A DNA stretch of 64,000 nucleotides from contig CBDCOX010000002.1 in the NCBI GenBank assembly GCA_965219995.1, positions 2,144,001-2,208,000 on the forward strand, written 5' to 3'. The notes below the pieces were generated by a model. It did no database searches. It saw only the letters and a list, made by a program, of their open reading frames with translations, and was not told the origin of the DNA. The translations under genes were made by a program, and so were the position numbers. Origin of the DNA: Candidatus Latescibacterota bacterium. GTDB taxonomy: Bacteria > Latescibacterota > UBA2968 > GCA-2709665. Shown piece by piece: positions 39,876-48,465 of the stretch. How positions within the stretch are numbered: the stretch's first letter is position 1; every line of letters starts with the position of its first letter.

Positions 39876-42800
39876 TCATTTCAGCAGCACCATCTTCCTG
39901 ACCGCCGTGAACCTGTCGTCGCCCGCGACAAGCCTGGCACAGTAGATCCCGCTGGACACTTCCCTCCCCGAGTCGTCCCTCCCGTCCCAGGTTGCCTGAT
40001 AATACCCGGCCTGCCGGGTACCTTCTGCCAGCACGCGGACCCGCTGTCCGAGAAGATTGTAGACGATCAGCGAGATATCGCCGGTCTGGGGCAGTTGGTA
40101 AGCGATCTGGCACTCGATATTGAACGGGTTCGGGAAATTCTGATACAGAGCATATTCCCCGGGTTCAGCCGGCGCCTCCCGCAGGAAGCGGCCTCCGATC
40201 TTCCATCCCGTCACCTCTCCCCTGTCCGTCCCGACGACCACGCCGTCCCCGGTTCTCACGATATGGGTTGGCTTCCCCGTCGTCTTTCCCAGACCGGCGA
40301 CCTTACCGGAGCCGTCCAGGACGAGGATGCTCCCGTCCTCGGAGCCGGTCACGACAAAGGACGCGTCATTGGCGCGCAGGAACGCAAGCACGGTGGGCGG
40401 GCTGTGCAGCCGGCGAGTCCACACCCGCGCGCACCTCGCATCCAGCGCGACCACGAATCCCTTCGACGTCGCCGCAAGAATCTCCTTCTTCCCGTCCCCG
40501 TCCAGATCGCCGATATCCAGGTCGCGCATGTTCTGCGCGGGTATCCGGTTCCCCGGACCGAAGTTCGCGTTATGGAGGGCGGCGCCTCTTTCGTCCCACA
40601 CGGTCACCCGGTTCCACGTGCCGTTGATCTCGCTGACCACCTCTTTCTGCCCGTCACCGTCCAGGTCTTCGTTGAAGATGTGTTTCCGGCTCATCGAGGC
40701 CCATCCGCCGATGTACGTATGGCCCGCCGGGACCCCGGCGAACCGGCCCCGGGTCACGTGCGTCGACCGACTGTTCACCACGGACAGCGCGTGCGAATCC
40801 GTGGGCTGCCGCGCGATCAGGAGATCGGCGCCGCCCCTGGGGCTCTCGATGAGTGCGAACCGGGTCCCGGGCCCCCAGAACACCGGCAGCCTCTCCTCCA
40901 GTTCTCCCCTTCCGTTCAGGATCTCCAGCGTACACGCGCTTCCCACGAATGCCTGGCTCTGCCCGTTTCGAAAGATCCCCGTGTGCAATCCGTGGATTCC
41001 TTCGTGACCCGGCGCGGTCTTGAACCAGTAGGTCTTCCCGGCCTGAAAGACCGCCGGATGCATTTCCGACACGAACGTCCACCGCCGTCTTCCCTCCAGG
41101 TCGAACGCGATCACCTGTTCGTCTCTGCACCCGGCGAGCAGCAACTGGAACGCATCCCACCAGCGCAGGACCCGGACCGGACCGTCGGTCCCGAAGAACC
41201 GACCCTCCCGGCCGTCCGAAGTGAGCAGATGCACCCCTTTATCCACACCGACGCCGACCCAGGTCCTGCCTTCCGCATCGAAGGTAATCATGTCCGTGAC
41301 CGCGCCGCCGATCCCTGTCTTCAAAAACAATGGCGCGGGCGGGCCGTCCGGCGCGGCTGAGGAAGCGGGAATCCCGGCCTCCCGCCGCCTGGCCGCCCCG
41401 GCCTCCGCCAACAGGTCCCTGAGCCGGTCGACCGTTCGGGAAAGCACATCCGGATCGGGCGCCGCTCCCGTGAATTCATGCCGGCCTTCCGGCACAAGAA
41501 AAACGGCGCCGCTATCGGGATTGGCACGAATCGAGGGCGGAACGCCATTCATCCTGACCGTCGACGGTTCGGCGAACGCCGCGCGGACGCGGGTCTCTTC
41601 CAGTGTCGAGAGCACTGCGGTACCCGAGCGAAAGTCCCAGTCCAGATTCACCGGCGAGGACGCTGAGAACAGGACCGCCTCCAGTCGTGCGGTCTTCAAT
41701 CCCTTACCGAAGAGATGATCGGCGGCCAGCAGTGCGACGTCGCCCCGAATGCCGGAGTATTCGCCGGAAACGGCAATCGCCGGTTCGGGAAGTCCCAGTA
41801 TCGCCGCCTGCGGATCCAGCCGCAGGCAGGCGACCGGCGCTCCCGCCGTGCCGTTCCCGGCAATCAGCGAAAAGAACGCGCGCTCCTCACCGGACGACAC
41901 GGCGCCTGTCCACACCAGGGATGCCGTTCTGCCGTTGATCGTCATCTCCACGGGGTCCGAGGCACGGATGCCAAACCGGGTTCCGCCGGTCCGGATGTGC
42001 GGCGTACCGCCCTCTGAAGACGAATGCCATCGCCCCGGCGCCGTCCATTCCGTCCGCACCTCGAGGTTCGCGCTATTCACCCGGAATCTCAGTTGGTCAA
42101 CAAACAACGCATACCTTCCCACGCGTTGCACGAGGGCGCGGCGCCAATTGCAGAACGGCGCGTCGGGCACTTCGGCGACGGCCACGGCCGTCCGGCCCAG
42201 CACGTCCCGATAGCGAAGCGCCGCGTCCATCGGGCTGTGCGCCTCCACCAGTCCGTCGGCCCCCGTCAGCACCTGATTTCCGTACCCTTCGAGTACGGTC
42301 TCCCCGTCCAGGCGGAGTTCCAAAACCGCAAACGAATGGTATGGGTTTCGGGACGCTCCGTTCAATCCGTCGATCAGGATGAAATCCCCCGTCGCGTCGG
42401 TTGTGCTTCGAAAGCTACCGAATTGGAACGAGTCCGAAATCGGCAGCCCGCTCGCCCGCCGTATCCACAGCGGCTCCGGCAACCGCAGGATGCTCCACTT
42501 TTCAGCAAGATCCGTCGGCTGGACCGGAACCATGTCGGACCCGGGCCAGAAGGACTGGCCCAGCCGGAACTTTTTCAGATCCACTCCGGTCCGGCGCGCG
42601 TATTCCAGGTATCGCCCGTCGCCCGTGAGATACGCGGCTTTGTGGAGGTACCCGATGGAGGCGTAGCGAAGGGCCCAGTCGGGCTCGCGGCCGGAGATCA
42701 GCATCTCCTGCCCGCGCAGCAGCGTTTCCAGCACGCCGTTCCGCAGCGCGGCCCGGTCCCCCGAAATCAGCATATAGGTGAAGATGGGGGCGATGCCGGT

Positions 42801-43991
42801 ACTGTACCAGTACAGATTGTCGGCTTCGCCAAACACCCACGCGTGATCACGCAACGGTGAAAAATGCCACCCGGCGGCTGCCATCGAATGCTCCCAGAGC
42901 GTGTGGGGATACCCATTCTGAAAATAGCGGCCCAGACAGTAAAGCGAAACCGCCGACCACTGACCGTGGCGTGATCCAACCATGGATGGTGGTACGTCGT
43001 AATCCCATACCCCGTTCTGTACGTTTTCGACGATTCGCCGTCTGGGGCCCTGGTCCTGCGGGTGGGCGAACTGTCTGGAAAAGGCATTGGTCACCCGCAA
43101 TCGCTCCGCGTCCGTAAATACCGGGCTCTCTTCAATCAGGTCCCAGTAGAGAATCATCATATGCGCGTTGTAGTGATACGGACCGCTGAGCGGCTCGTCC
43201 TTGTTTTCGATTCGCTCGCCGTCGATCGCGGCAATCTCCGATCTCGCCTTCGCATCCGGAAACGCCAGCCGGAGAAACTCCCGCGCATGGTGTTCTCTTC
43301 CGGTCATGTAGTACATCGCCATATGCTTGCTGATGCTGTTCCACCCGAAATAACCCACAGACCGGTATCCGGCCGAGGCCTCCCAGGTTTCGAAGTCCTC
43401 TAGCGCTTCGGGCACGTGCGTCCCTTCTCCAAGCCGGATTTCCATAAGCCGGCCGACCGACAGGCCGGTGGCTCCCCCGGAATCGCCGGCCAGCCTTCGA
43501 ATAAACACGTCCGCCGCCTGAGCCACGCCGGCTGCATCGCTCCCGCCAACCGCAATCACGTTGCGGCCGTTTCCGAACGGATTGTGGAGCGATCGCACGA
43601 CGTAGCCGCCAGGACCCGGGTACCTCAAGTCCAGCAGCGTGTAATACAGGTCGTACAACGCCGCTATGGTGCGATTCGTGGACCTGTTGCCCAGCACGAT
43701 CAGGTTTTCCATGATTGGCACCGAACCGGAGGGCGGCCCATCCCCCGCCACAGGTACTTCCACGCCGGTGCGTGAGAGAATAGCGCGCTGGATACGCAGT
43801 GCGGCGGCGTCGTGGATTCCGCTTGAAGGGGTCACGATGGTCGCGGCCGCCCGCCCGTTCTCGACCAGTCCGGTCGTCAGGTGAAGGTCTTTCAGGCTGC
43901 TGTATACGGGTGGAATCGACGCCGGGTCCGCGTACAGGGGCGCTGCCGCCACAGGAAGGAGCAGAAGAAGGGCTGTCATGCGGGGGGACAT
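39876..43991 (-). CDS. Large secreted multidomain protein with FG-GAP/PQQ-like propeller and C-terminal FlgD-type Ig domain
   Basis: Signal peptide, DLDGDG..E repeats, C-terminal YQNFPNPFN..CQIAY.LP...WDGRDDSGREVSSGIY...RKMVLLK. Confidence 0.7.
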   Translation of the reverse strand: MSPRMTALLLLLPVAAAPLYADPASIPPVYSSLKDLHLTTGLVENGRAAATIVTPSSGIHDAAALRIQRAILSRTGVEVPVAGDGPPSGSVPIMENLIVLGNRSTNRTIAALYDLYYTLLDLRYPGPGGYVVRSLHNPFGNGRNVIAVGGSDAAGVAQAADVFIRRLAGDSGGATGLSVGRLMEIRLGEGTHVPEALEDFETWEASAGYRSVGYFGWNSISKHMAMYYMTGREHHAREFLRLAFPDAKARSEIAAIDGERIENKDEPLSGPYHYNAHMMILYWDLIEESPVFTDAERLRVTNAFSRQFAHPQDQGPRRRIVENVQNGVWDYDVPPSMVGSRHGQWSAVSLYCLGRYFQNGYPHTLWEHSMAAAGWHFSPLRDHAWVFGEADNLYWYSTGIAPIFTYMLISGDRAALRNGVLETLLRGQEMLISGREPDWALRYASIGYLHKAAYLTGDGRYLEYARRTGVDLKKFRLGQSFWPGSDMVPVQPTDLAEKWSILRLPEPLWIRRASGLPISDSFQFGSFRSTTDATGDFILIDGLNGASRNPYHSFAVLELRLDGETVLEGYGNQVLTGADGLVEAHSPMDAALRYRDVLGRTAVAVAEVPDAPFCNWRRALVQRVGRYALFVDQLRFRVNSANLEVRTEWTAPGRWHSSSEGGTPHIRTGGTRFGIRASDPVEMTINGRTASLVWTGAVSSGEERAFFSLIAGNGTAGAPVACLRLDPQAAILGLPEPAIAVSGEYSGIRGDVALLAADHLFGKGLKTARLEAVLFSASSPVNLDWDFRSGTAVLSTLEETRVRAAFAEPSTVRMNGVPPSIRANPDSGAVFLVPEGRHEFTGAAPDPDVLSRTVDRLRDLLAEAGAARRREAGIPASSAAPDGPPAPLFLKTGIGGAVTDMITFDAEGRTWVGVGVDKGVHLLTSDGREGRFFGTDGPVRVLRWWDAFQLLLAGCRDEQVIAFDLEGRRRWTFVSEMHPAVFQAGKTYWFKTAPGHEGIHGLHTGIFRNGQSQAFVGSACTLEILNGRGELEERLPVFWGPGTRFALIESPRGGADLLIARQPTDSHALSVVNSRSTHVTRGRFAGVPAGHTYIGGWASMSRKHIFNEDLDGDGQKEVVSEINGTWNRVTVWDERGAALHNANFGPGNRIPAQNMRDLDIGDLDGDGKKEILAATSKGFVVALDARCARVWTRRLHSPPTVLAFLRANDASFVVTGSEDGSILVLDGSGKVAGLGKTTGKPTHIVRTGDGVVVGTDRGEVTGWKIGGRFLREAPAEPGEYALYQNFPNPFNIECQIAYQLPQTGDISLIVYNLLGQRVRVLAEGTRQAGYYQATWDGRDDSGREVSSGIYCARLVAGDDRFTAVRKMVLLK

Positions 43992-44144
43992 TTCCACGAT
44001 CCTTTTTCGCGCGGCGCGGGGCGGTCGATGAGCCGCGAAAGCGTTAATATACAGGAATATACCCTGTTTGATGCGGAATGTATAGTCGTACCTGTTCAGT
44101 AGTCGCATCGACCAGGAGCGTGAGCGCTCGTTGATATTTTCGCC

Positions 44145-44177
44145 TTGACATTGAATGGTGCTATATGTAGTATCATT
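44145..44177 (+). promoter_or_regulatory. Sigma70 promoter with overlapping operator for the toxin-antitoxin pair
   Basis: TTGACA-17 nt-TAGTAT. Imperfect inverted repeat AATGGTGCTA-N4-TAGTATCATT at 44154-44177. Confidence 0.7.
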
Positions 44178-44179
44178 TT

Positions 44180-44608
44180 GTGGCCTCCATTAATGCCATC
44201 CTCGATACGAATGTGCTCTACGCGGGCCTGTACTCCTCTTATGGCGCCTCGTATCAGGTTTTGCATGCGTTAGAGCAGGGCCGGATCCAAATCGTCCTCT
44301 CGACGACCCTGGTCTTCGAATACGAAGAGGTCTTGAAAAGAGATCAGGAAACACTGAATCTCACAGATATGGAGATAGAGGGCCTGTTGGATGATCTTTG
44401 CCTGCGTAGTAATCACCAGGTCCTTTACTTTCATTGGCGACCTTGTCTATCGGATCCGAAAGACGATCACATTCTGGAATTGGCGGTGGCCTCTGCCACC
44501 TCAACGATTATCACCCATAATGTCAGGGACTTTAAGCAAGCGACGGCGTTCGGTATTCGAGCGATCACCCCAAGGCAATTATTGGAGGAACTGAAATGGG
44601 TGCGTTAA
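44180..44608 (+). CDS. PIN-domain toxin (PIN_3-like)
   Basis: ILDTNV, EYEEVL, DPKDDHILELAV, ITHNVRDF. Confidence 0.9.
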   Translation: MASINAILDTNVLYAGLYSSYGASYQVLHALEQGRIQIVLSTTLVFEYEEVLKRDQETLNLTDMEIEGLLDDLCLRSNHQVLYFHWRPCLSDPKDDHILELAVASATSTIITHNVRDFKQATAFGIRAITPRQLLEELKWVR

Positions 44609-44832
44609 ACCTGCGATTGCCCGATTCTATCCATCGTCATATCAAAAAGATCGCCAAACACGAAGGGGTTTCCATCAATCAGTTTATCTCGACCGCGGTA
44701 TCGGAGAAAGTCTCAGCGATATTAACCGAGGAGTATTTGTCCGCGAGAGCAGGTCGAGCAAAAGAGGGTGCTCTCAAGAGTATCCTGGATCAGGTGCGCG
44801 ACCGACCTCCTCTTCCAGAAGACATGCTCTAA
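44596..44832 (+). CDS. Ribbon-helix-helix antitoxin (HicB-like RHH)
   Basis: LNLRLPDSIH..IK..A..EGVSINQFI. Overlaps the toxin gene. Confidence 0.85.
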   Translation: MGALNLRLPDSIHRHIKKIAKHEGVSINQFISTAVSEKVSAILTEEYLSARAGRAKEGALKSILDQVRDRPPLPEDML

Positions 44833-44864
44833 CCTTGCCACACCTCCGGCCGGAAGGAAGTGAA

Positions 44865-45728
44865 ATGCGATACCGTCCGTTCGGCAAGACGGGCGTCCGT
44901 GTCAGCGAGGTCAGCCTGGGCGGCGCGTACATCGGCGGAACCGACCCCGAACGCCAGAGAGTTAACGCGTCCGAGATCGTCCTTCGCGCGAAATCGCTCG
45001 GAATCAACTATGTCGACACCGCGCCGCTGTACCGCGGAAGCGAAGCGCTGTTCGGCTGCGCCCTGGAAGCCGCAAAGGCGCGCATGCACGTCGCCACGAA
45101 GGTCGGCTTTGACCCCGAAGACTTCGATTATCGCCGGGACAGCGTACTGCGCAGCCTGGAAAGAAGCCTCGAGCGGCTGCGAATATCGAGGCTCTTCATG
45201 GCTCAGATCCACCAGGTGAGCGAGGCCGGCTGGCAGCGCATCATGGAACCGGGCGGGACCCTCGAGGGGCTGCGCGAGGCACAAAAACGCGGCCTGTGCG
45301 ACCACATCGGCATAACGGACAGGGCCATTCCCCTGCTGGCGAAGCTCGCCCGTACAGGCGAATTCGATTCCCTGCTCGTCTTTCTCGATTACCACCCCCT
45401 TTCGAAAAAAGCCGTCGAAGAGGTCATACCGGCCGCCGCCGAAGGCCGGATGGGCGTTGTCGTCGCGACCGTGCTTGCCGGCGGTCTCTTTTCCGATGAA
45501 CCCCGGCGCATTGCCGCGCTTGGAAATCTCGGAGACCGCGGGGAGCGTGCCGAAGCCGAACGGATCATCGAGAGACTGCGTGACGAGCCGGGGACCGTAC
45601 CCCGGAATGCGTTTCGTTACGTCCTTGCGGACGCGAGGGTCAGCACGGTCTCGAGCGGTGCGACAACGGCGGACGAGTTGGAAGACGTAGCGCGCGCATC
45701 GGACATGGAACCGCTTGCGTGGCGATGA
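44865..45728 (+). CDS. Aldo/keto reductase
   Basis: YRPFGKTGVRVSEVSLG, GINYVDTAPLY, VATKVG, SLERL. Confidence 0.9.
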   Translation: MRYRPFGKTGVRVSEVSLGGAYIGGTDPERQRVNASEIVLRAKSLGINYVDTAPLYRGSEALFGCALEAAKARMHVATKVGFDPEDFDYRRDSVLRSLERSLERLRISRLFMAQIHQVSEAGWQRIMEPGGTLEGLREAQKRGLCDHIGITDRAIPLLAKLARTGEFDSLLVFLDYHPLSKKAVEEVIPAAAEGRMGVVVATVLAGGLFSDEPRRIAALGNLGDRGERAEAERIIERLRDEPGTVPRNAFRYVLADARVSTVSSGATTADELEDVARASDMEPLAWR

Positions 45729-45772
45729 GGCCTGCGCGGCGACACAGCTCGACCCGCCTACTGGTCTTGAAG

Positions 45773-45801
45773 GGAACCATTTTCGGAAAATCCGTGTCTT
45801 T
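45773..45801 (+). promoter_or_regulatory. Candidate ECF (sigmaE-like) promoter upstream of the second GWxTD gene
   Basis: GGAAC-N18-GTCTTT, same spacing as the GGAACTT-N16-GTC type consensus. Confidence 0.4.
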
Positions 45802-45912
45802 CATGGGTGCGTGAGTCCATCCATGTCAGAGCCCGTGGTGTCCCGTTGAAATCGATGGCCGGAATCGATCCGGCCGCGGAACGGCGAACACCGGCGTTAC
45901 CGTGCGAAGGAA

Positions 45913-48384
45913 TTGAAGATGGGATACGTTCTGGCATTCGCGATGGCGTTTGTCCTGGGTGCGGCCGGCGAAACCCTTGCCGCGTCGACCCACGCCGCCC
46001 GGACGCCGGTTGAAGCCCTTTACAGCGAGGGCATGCGGCTCCTCGAGGCAGGAGAGCCGGACGCCGCGCTGATGAAATTCACGGAAGCGCTGGCTGTCGA
46101 CAAAAAGCATGCGCCCTCGCTGGTGGGCGTGGGTCACGTGTATTTGACGCGCGGCGACCTTGATGCGGCCGAAGACGCGTTTATGGATGCCAGGCGCAGG
46201 AAAAGGAAGTACGCCCCCGCGCACAACGGGTTGGGACTGGTGTACATGAAGAAGGAAAAAGGATTGCTGTGGGCAATCAAATACTTTCAGGATGCAATTT
46301 CCGTGGACCGGACCTTCGCAAAGGCCTATTACAATCTGGCGCGCGCCTATCGGCAGATCGAAGACACCAAGGAACTGACGACGTACCGGCGGCTCTCCAG
46401 AATCGTCCCGGACCACGCGGACGTGTGGTTCCAGATCGGACGCATCCTGAAAAACGGGGAATCGGGAGAATACGTCCAGCCGGAGAAGGCCGAGGCCGCC
46501 TTCCGCAGACAGCTGCAGATCAATCCGGACCACCCGCAATCGAGACTGAGCCTGGGAGAGGTATTGACGCAACAGGAAAGAGCCGAAGAGGCAGTCCCGA
46601 TTCTGATGCCCCTTGCGGAATCGCCGAATCCCCATCAGCGCCAGTCGCTCGTGGCGCTCGCCGAAGCCTTTCTCAAGCAACGTGAATACGACCGTGCCGA
46701 CGTACTGTTCGACCGGTATCTCGAAGGCCTTGCGGCGGACACCCAGGCCGTGTATTACGACTTGCGCAACGTGGCGGAAGAAGGGGAGCGGGAGCCTTTC
46801 GCGGCCGCGTCCGCTGCGGAGTGGAAAGCGCTGGCGGAGACGTACTGGGCGGGAAGAGACCCGGCCCCGGCGACGGCCGCGAACGAGCGAAAACTGGAAC
46901 ACTACCGCCGCGTGGCCTACTCGCTGGAACATTTCAGCGCGGACCGGTTCCCGTGGGACGTGCGCGGCGACGTGTACGTCCGGTACGGCCGTCCGGCCCA
47001 TGTAAGCAGTTCCGAAAATATCCGGTTCGAGACAGATGCGAAGGCGATCCGGATCAAGGAACGGATCGCGCTCCAGGCCGGCGATGCGGTATCCCACATG
47101 CTCAGGGTGCGCAACAGCGAAACGACGTCCCACGGTGGAAGGGTCGGGGACCTGGGCGAGGCCAGTGTTCTGGGGCCCGTCAGCGAGAGTTTGCGCGAAT
47201 CGGAGGAGGCGGGCGTCACCAGGACGGCGACCGGCAGCTACAGGGCGGTCCCGTTGAGCGACGGATCCGGGGACCTCTCCGGCAAGTTGCGTATGACGTC
47301 CGGCATTCTGGGCTGGCCCGTCTATCCGATTTTCGGAAAGGTCTGGGAATACTGGATTTATACGGATGTAGGACCCGGAATCGAGATTACGTTCACCCGA
47401 ACGCTGGGTAAGACGTCTTTCAAGTTCGCGGATATGCCGAGCGGGAAGGGGGGCCACTCGCGCCACCTCTATACGTGGCAGCGTATGAACCCGAAATTGC
47501 AACTCGATCACGTGGGTCGCCGCGTGCCCGCACTCTACCGGCCCTCGTTCGCTACGGGACCGCTGGCCTATTTCTTCGACTCCGCGGGCTTCAAGGGGGC
47601 GCAGGACGCCTCGAATCTTGAGATATACTACGGGATTCCGGTTTGGGAACTGTCCTTCTCGCCGGGGACCGACAATAAACCGACGTCCAGACTGAAAAAG
47701 GGCGTGGCGCTTTACAACGATACCAACGAGCGGGTGCTAAGGAGAGACGGGGAGTTCGAGCTGTTTTCGGAGGCGGCGGGGGATACGGCCCGGCAAGCGT
47801 ACGTGCCGGAGATGTTCCGGGTTGCTGCGCCGCCCGGCAGATACCGGATGTCCGTCCAGGTCCTCGAAATCGACACGGGCAGATCGCAGGTCTACGAGCA
47901 GCAGGTCGTGCTGCCGGCGTATCCCCGCGGGTATCTAAGGCTGAGCGGCATTCAGCTCGCCGCGACTATCCGACCCGCGGAGGGAGATCGATTCCGCAAG
48001 GGAGACATCCAGGTCGTCCCCAATCCCACGCGGACGTACGAACGCGGGCAGTCGGTGTACATATACTATGAAGTCTACAATCTGAAGCGTGACGAGTTCG
48101 GAACCACGCGGTACCGGGTGTCCTACGAAATGCGATCGGCGCTCAGCGAGTCGATTGGCGCCCGTATACTGGGTGGAATCGGGAGGTTGCTGGCCGTCCG
48201 ACAGAACACCCGCGCGTCGATTTCGATCGAGTATGCCCATATTGGCGACCGTGAGGACGACCAGGGGTACGTGGAGCTGGACATGGCCGCATCCGACCCG
48301 GGTGAAAAAATCCTGACGGTGACCGTATCGGACCTGGTGTCCGGACAGAAGACGGCGGGAACCACAAGATTGACCATCCGATAG
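45913..48384 (+). CDS. Secreted TPR + GWxTD-family domain protein (second paralog)
   Basis: Signal peptide, TPRs, YWAGRDP.PAT..NERKLEHYRRV, DVRGDVYVRYGRP, IYYEVYNL. Confidence 0.8.
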   Translation: MKMGYVLAFAMAFVLGAAGETLAASTHAARTPVEALYSEGMRLLEAGEPDAALMKFTEALAVDKKHAPSLVGVGHVYLTRGDLDAAEDAFMDARRRKRKYAPAHNGLGLVYMKKEKGLLWAIKYFQDAISVDRTFAKAYYNLARAYRQIEDTKELTTYRRLSRIVPDHADVWFQIGRILKNGESGEYVQPEKAEAAFRRQLQINPDHPQSRLSLGEVLTQQERAEEAVPILMPLAESPNPHQRQSLVALAEAFLKQREYDRADVLFDRYLEGLAADTQAVYYDLRNVAEEGEREPFAAASAAEWKALAETYWAGRDPAPATAANERKLEHYRRVAYSLEHFSADRFPWDVRGDVYVRYGRPAHVSSSENIRFETDAKAIRIKERIALQAGDAVSHMLRVRNSETTSHGGRVGDLGEASVLGPVSESLRESEEAGVTRTATGSYRAVPLSDGSGDLSGKLRMTSGILGWPVYPIFGKVWEYWIYTDVGPGIEITFTRTLGKTSFKFADMPSGKGGHSRHLYTWQRMNPKLQLDHVGRRVPALYRPSFATGPLAYFFDSAGFKGAQDASNLEIYYGIPVWELSFSPGTDNKPTSRLKKGVALYNDTNERVLRRDGEFELFSEAAGDTARQAYVPEMFRVAAPPGRYRMSVQVLEIDTGRSQVYEQQVVLPAYPRGYLRLSGIQLAATIRPAEGDRFRKGDIQVVPNPTRTYERGQSVYIYYEVYNLKRDEFGTTRYRVSYEMRSALSESIGARILGGIGRLLAVRQNTRASISIEYAHIGDREDDQGYVELDMAASDPGEKILTVTVSDLVSGQKTAGTTRLTIR

Positions 48385-48465
48385 AATCGTCAGCCCAGGG
48401 TCGCGCCAGACACAAAGGTGCGCCGAGGGCAAGACGCCCTCGCTCCCGGGGTAGCGGGATGACTT

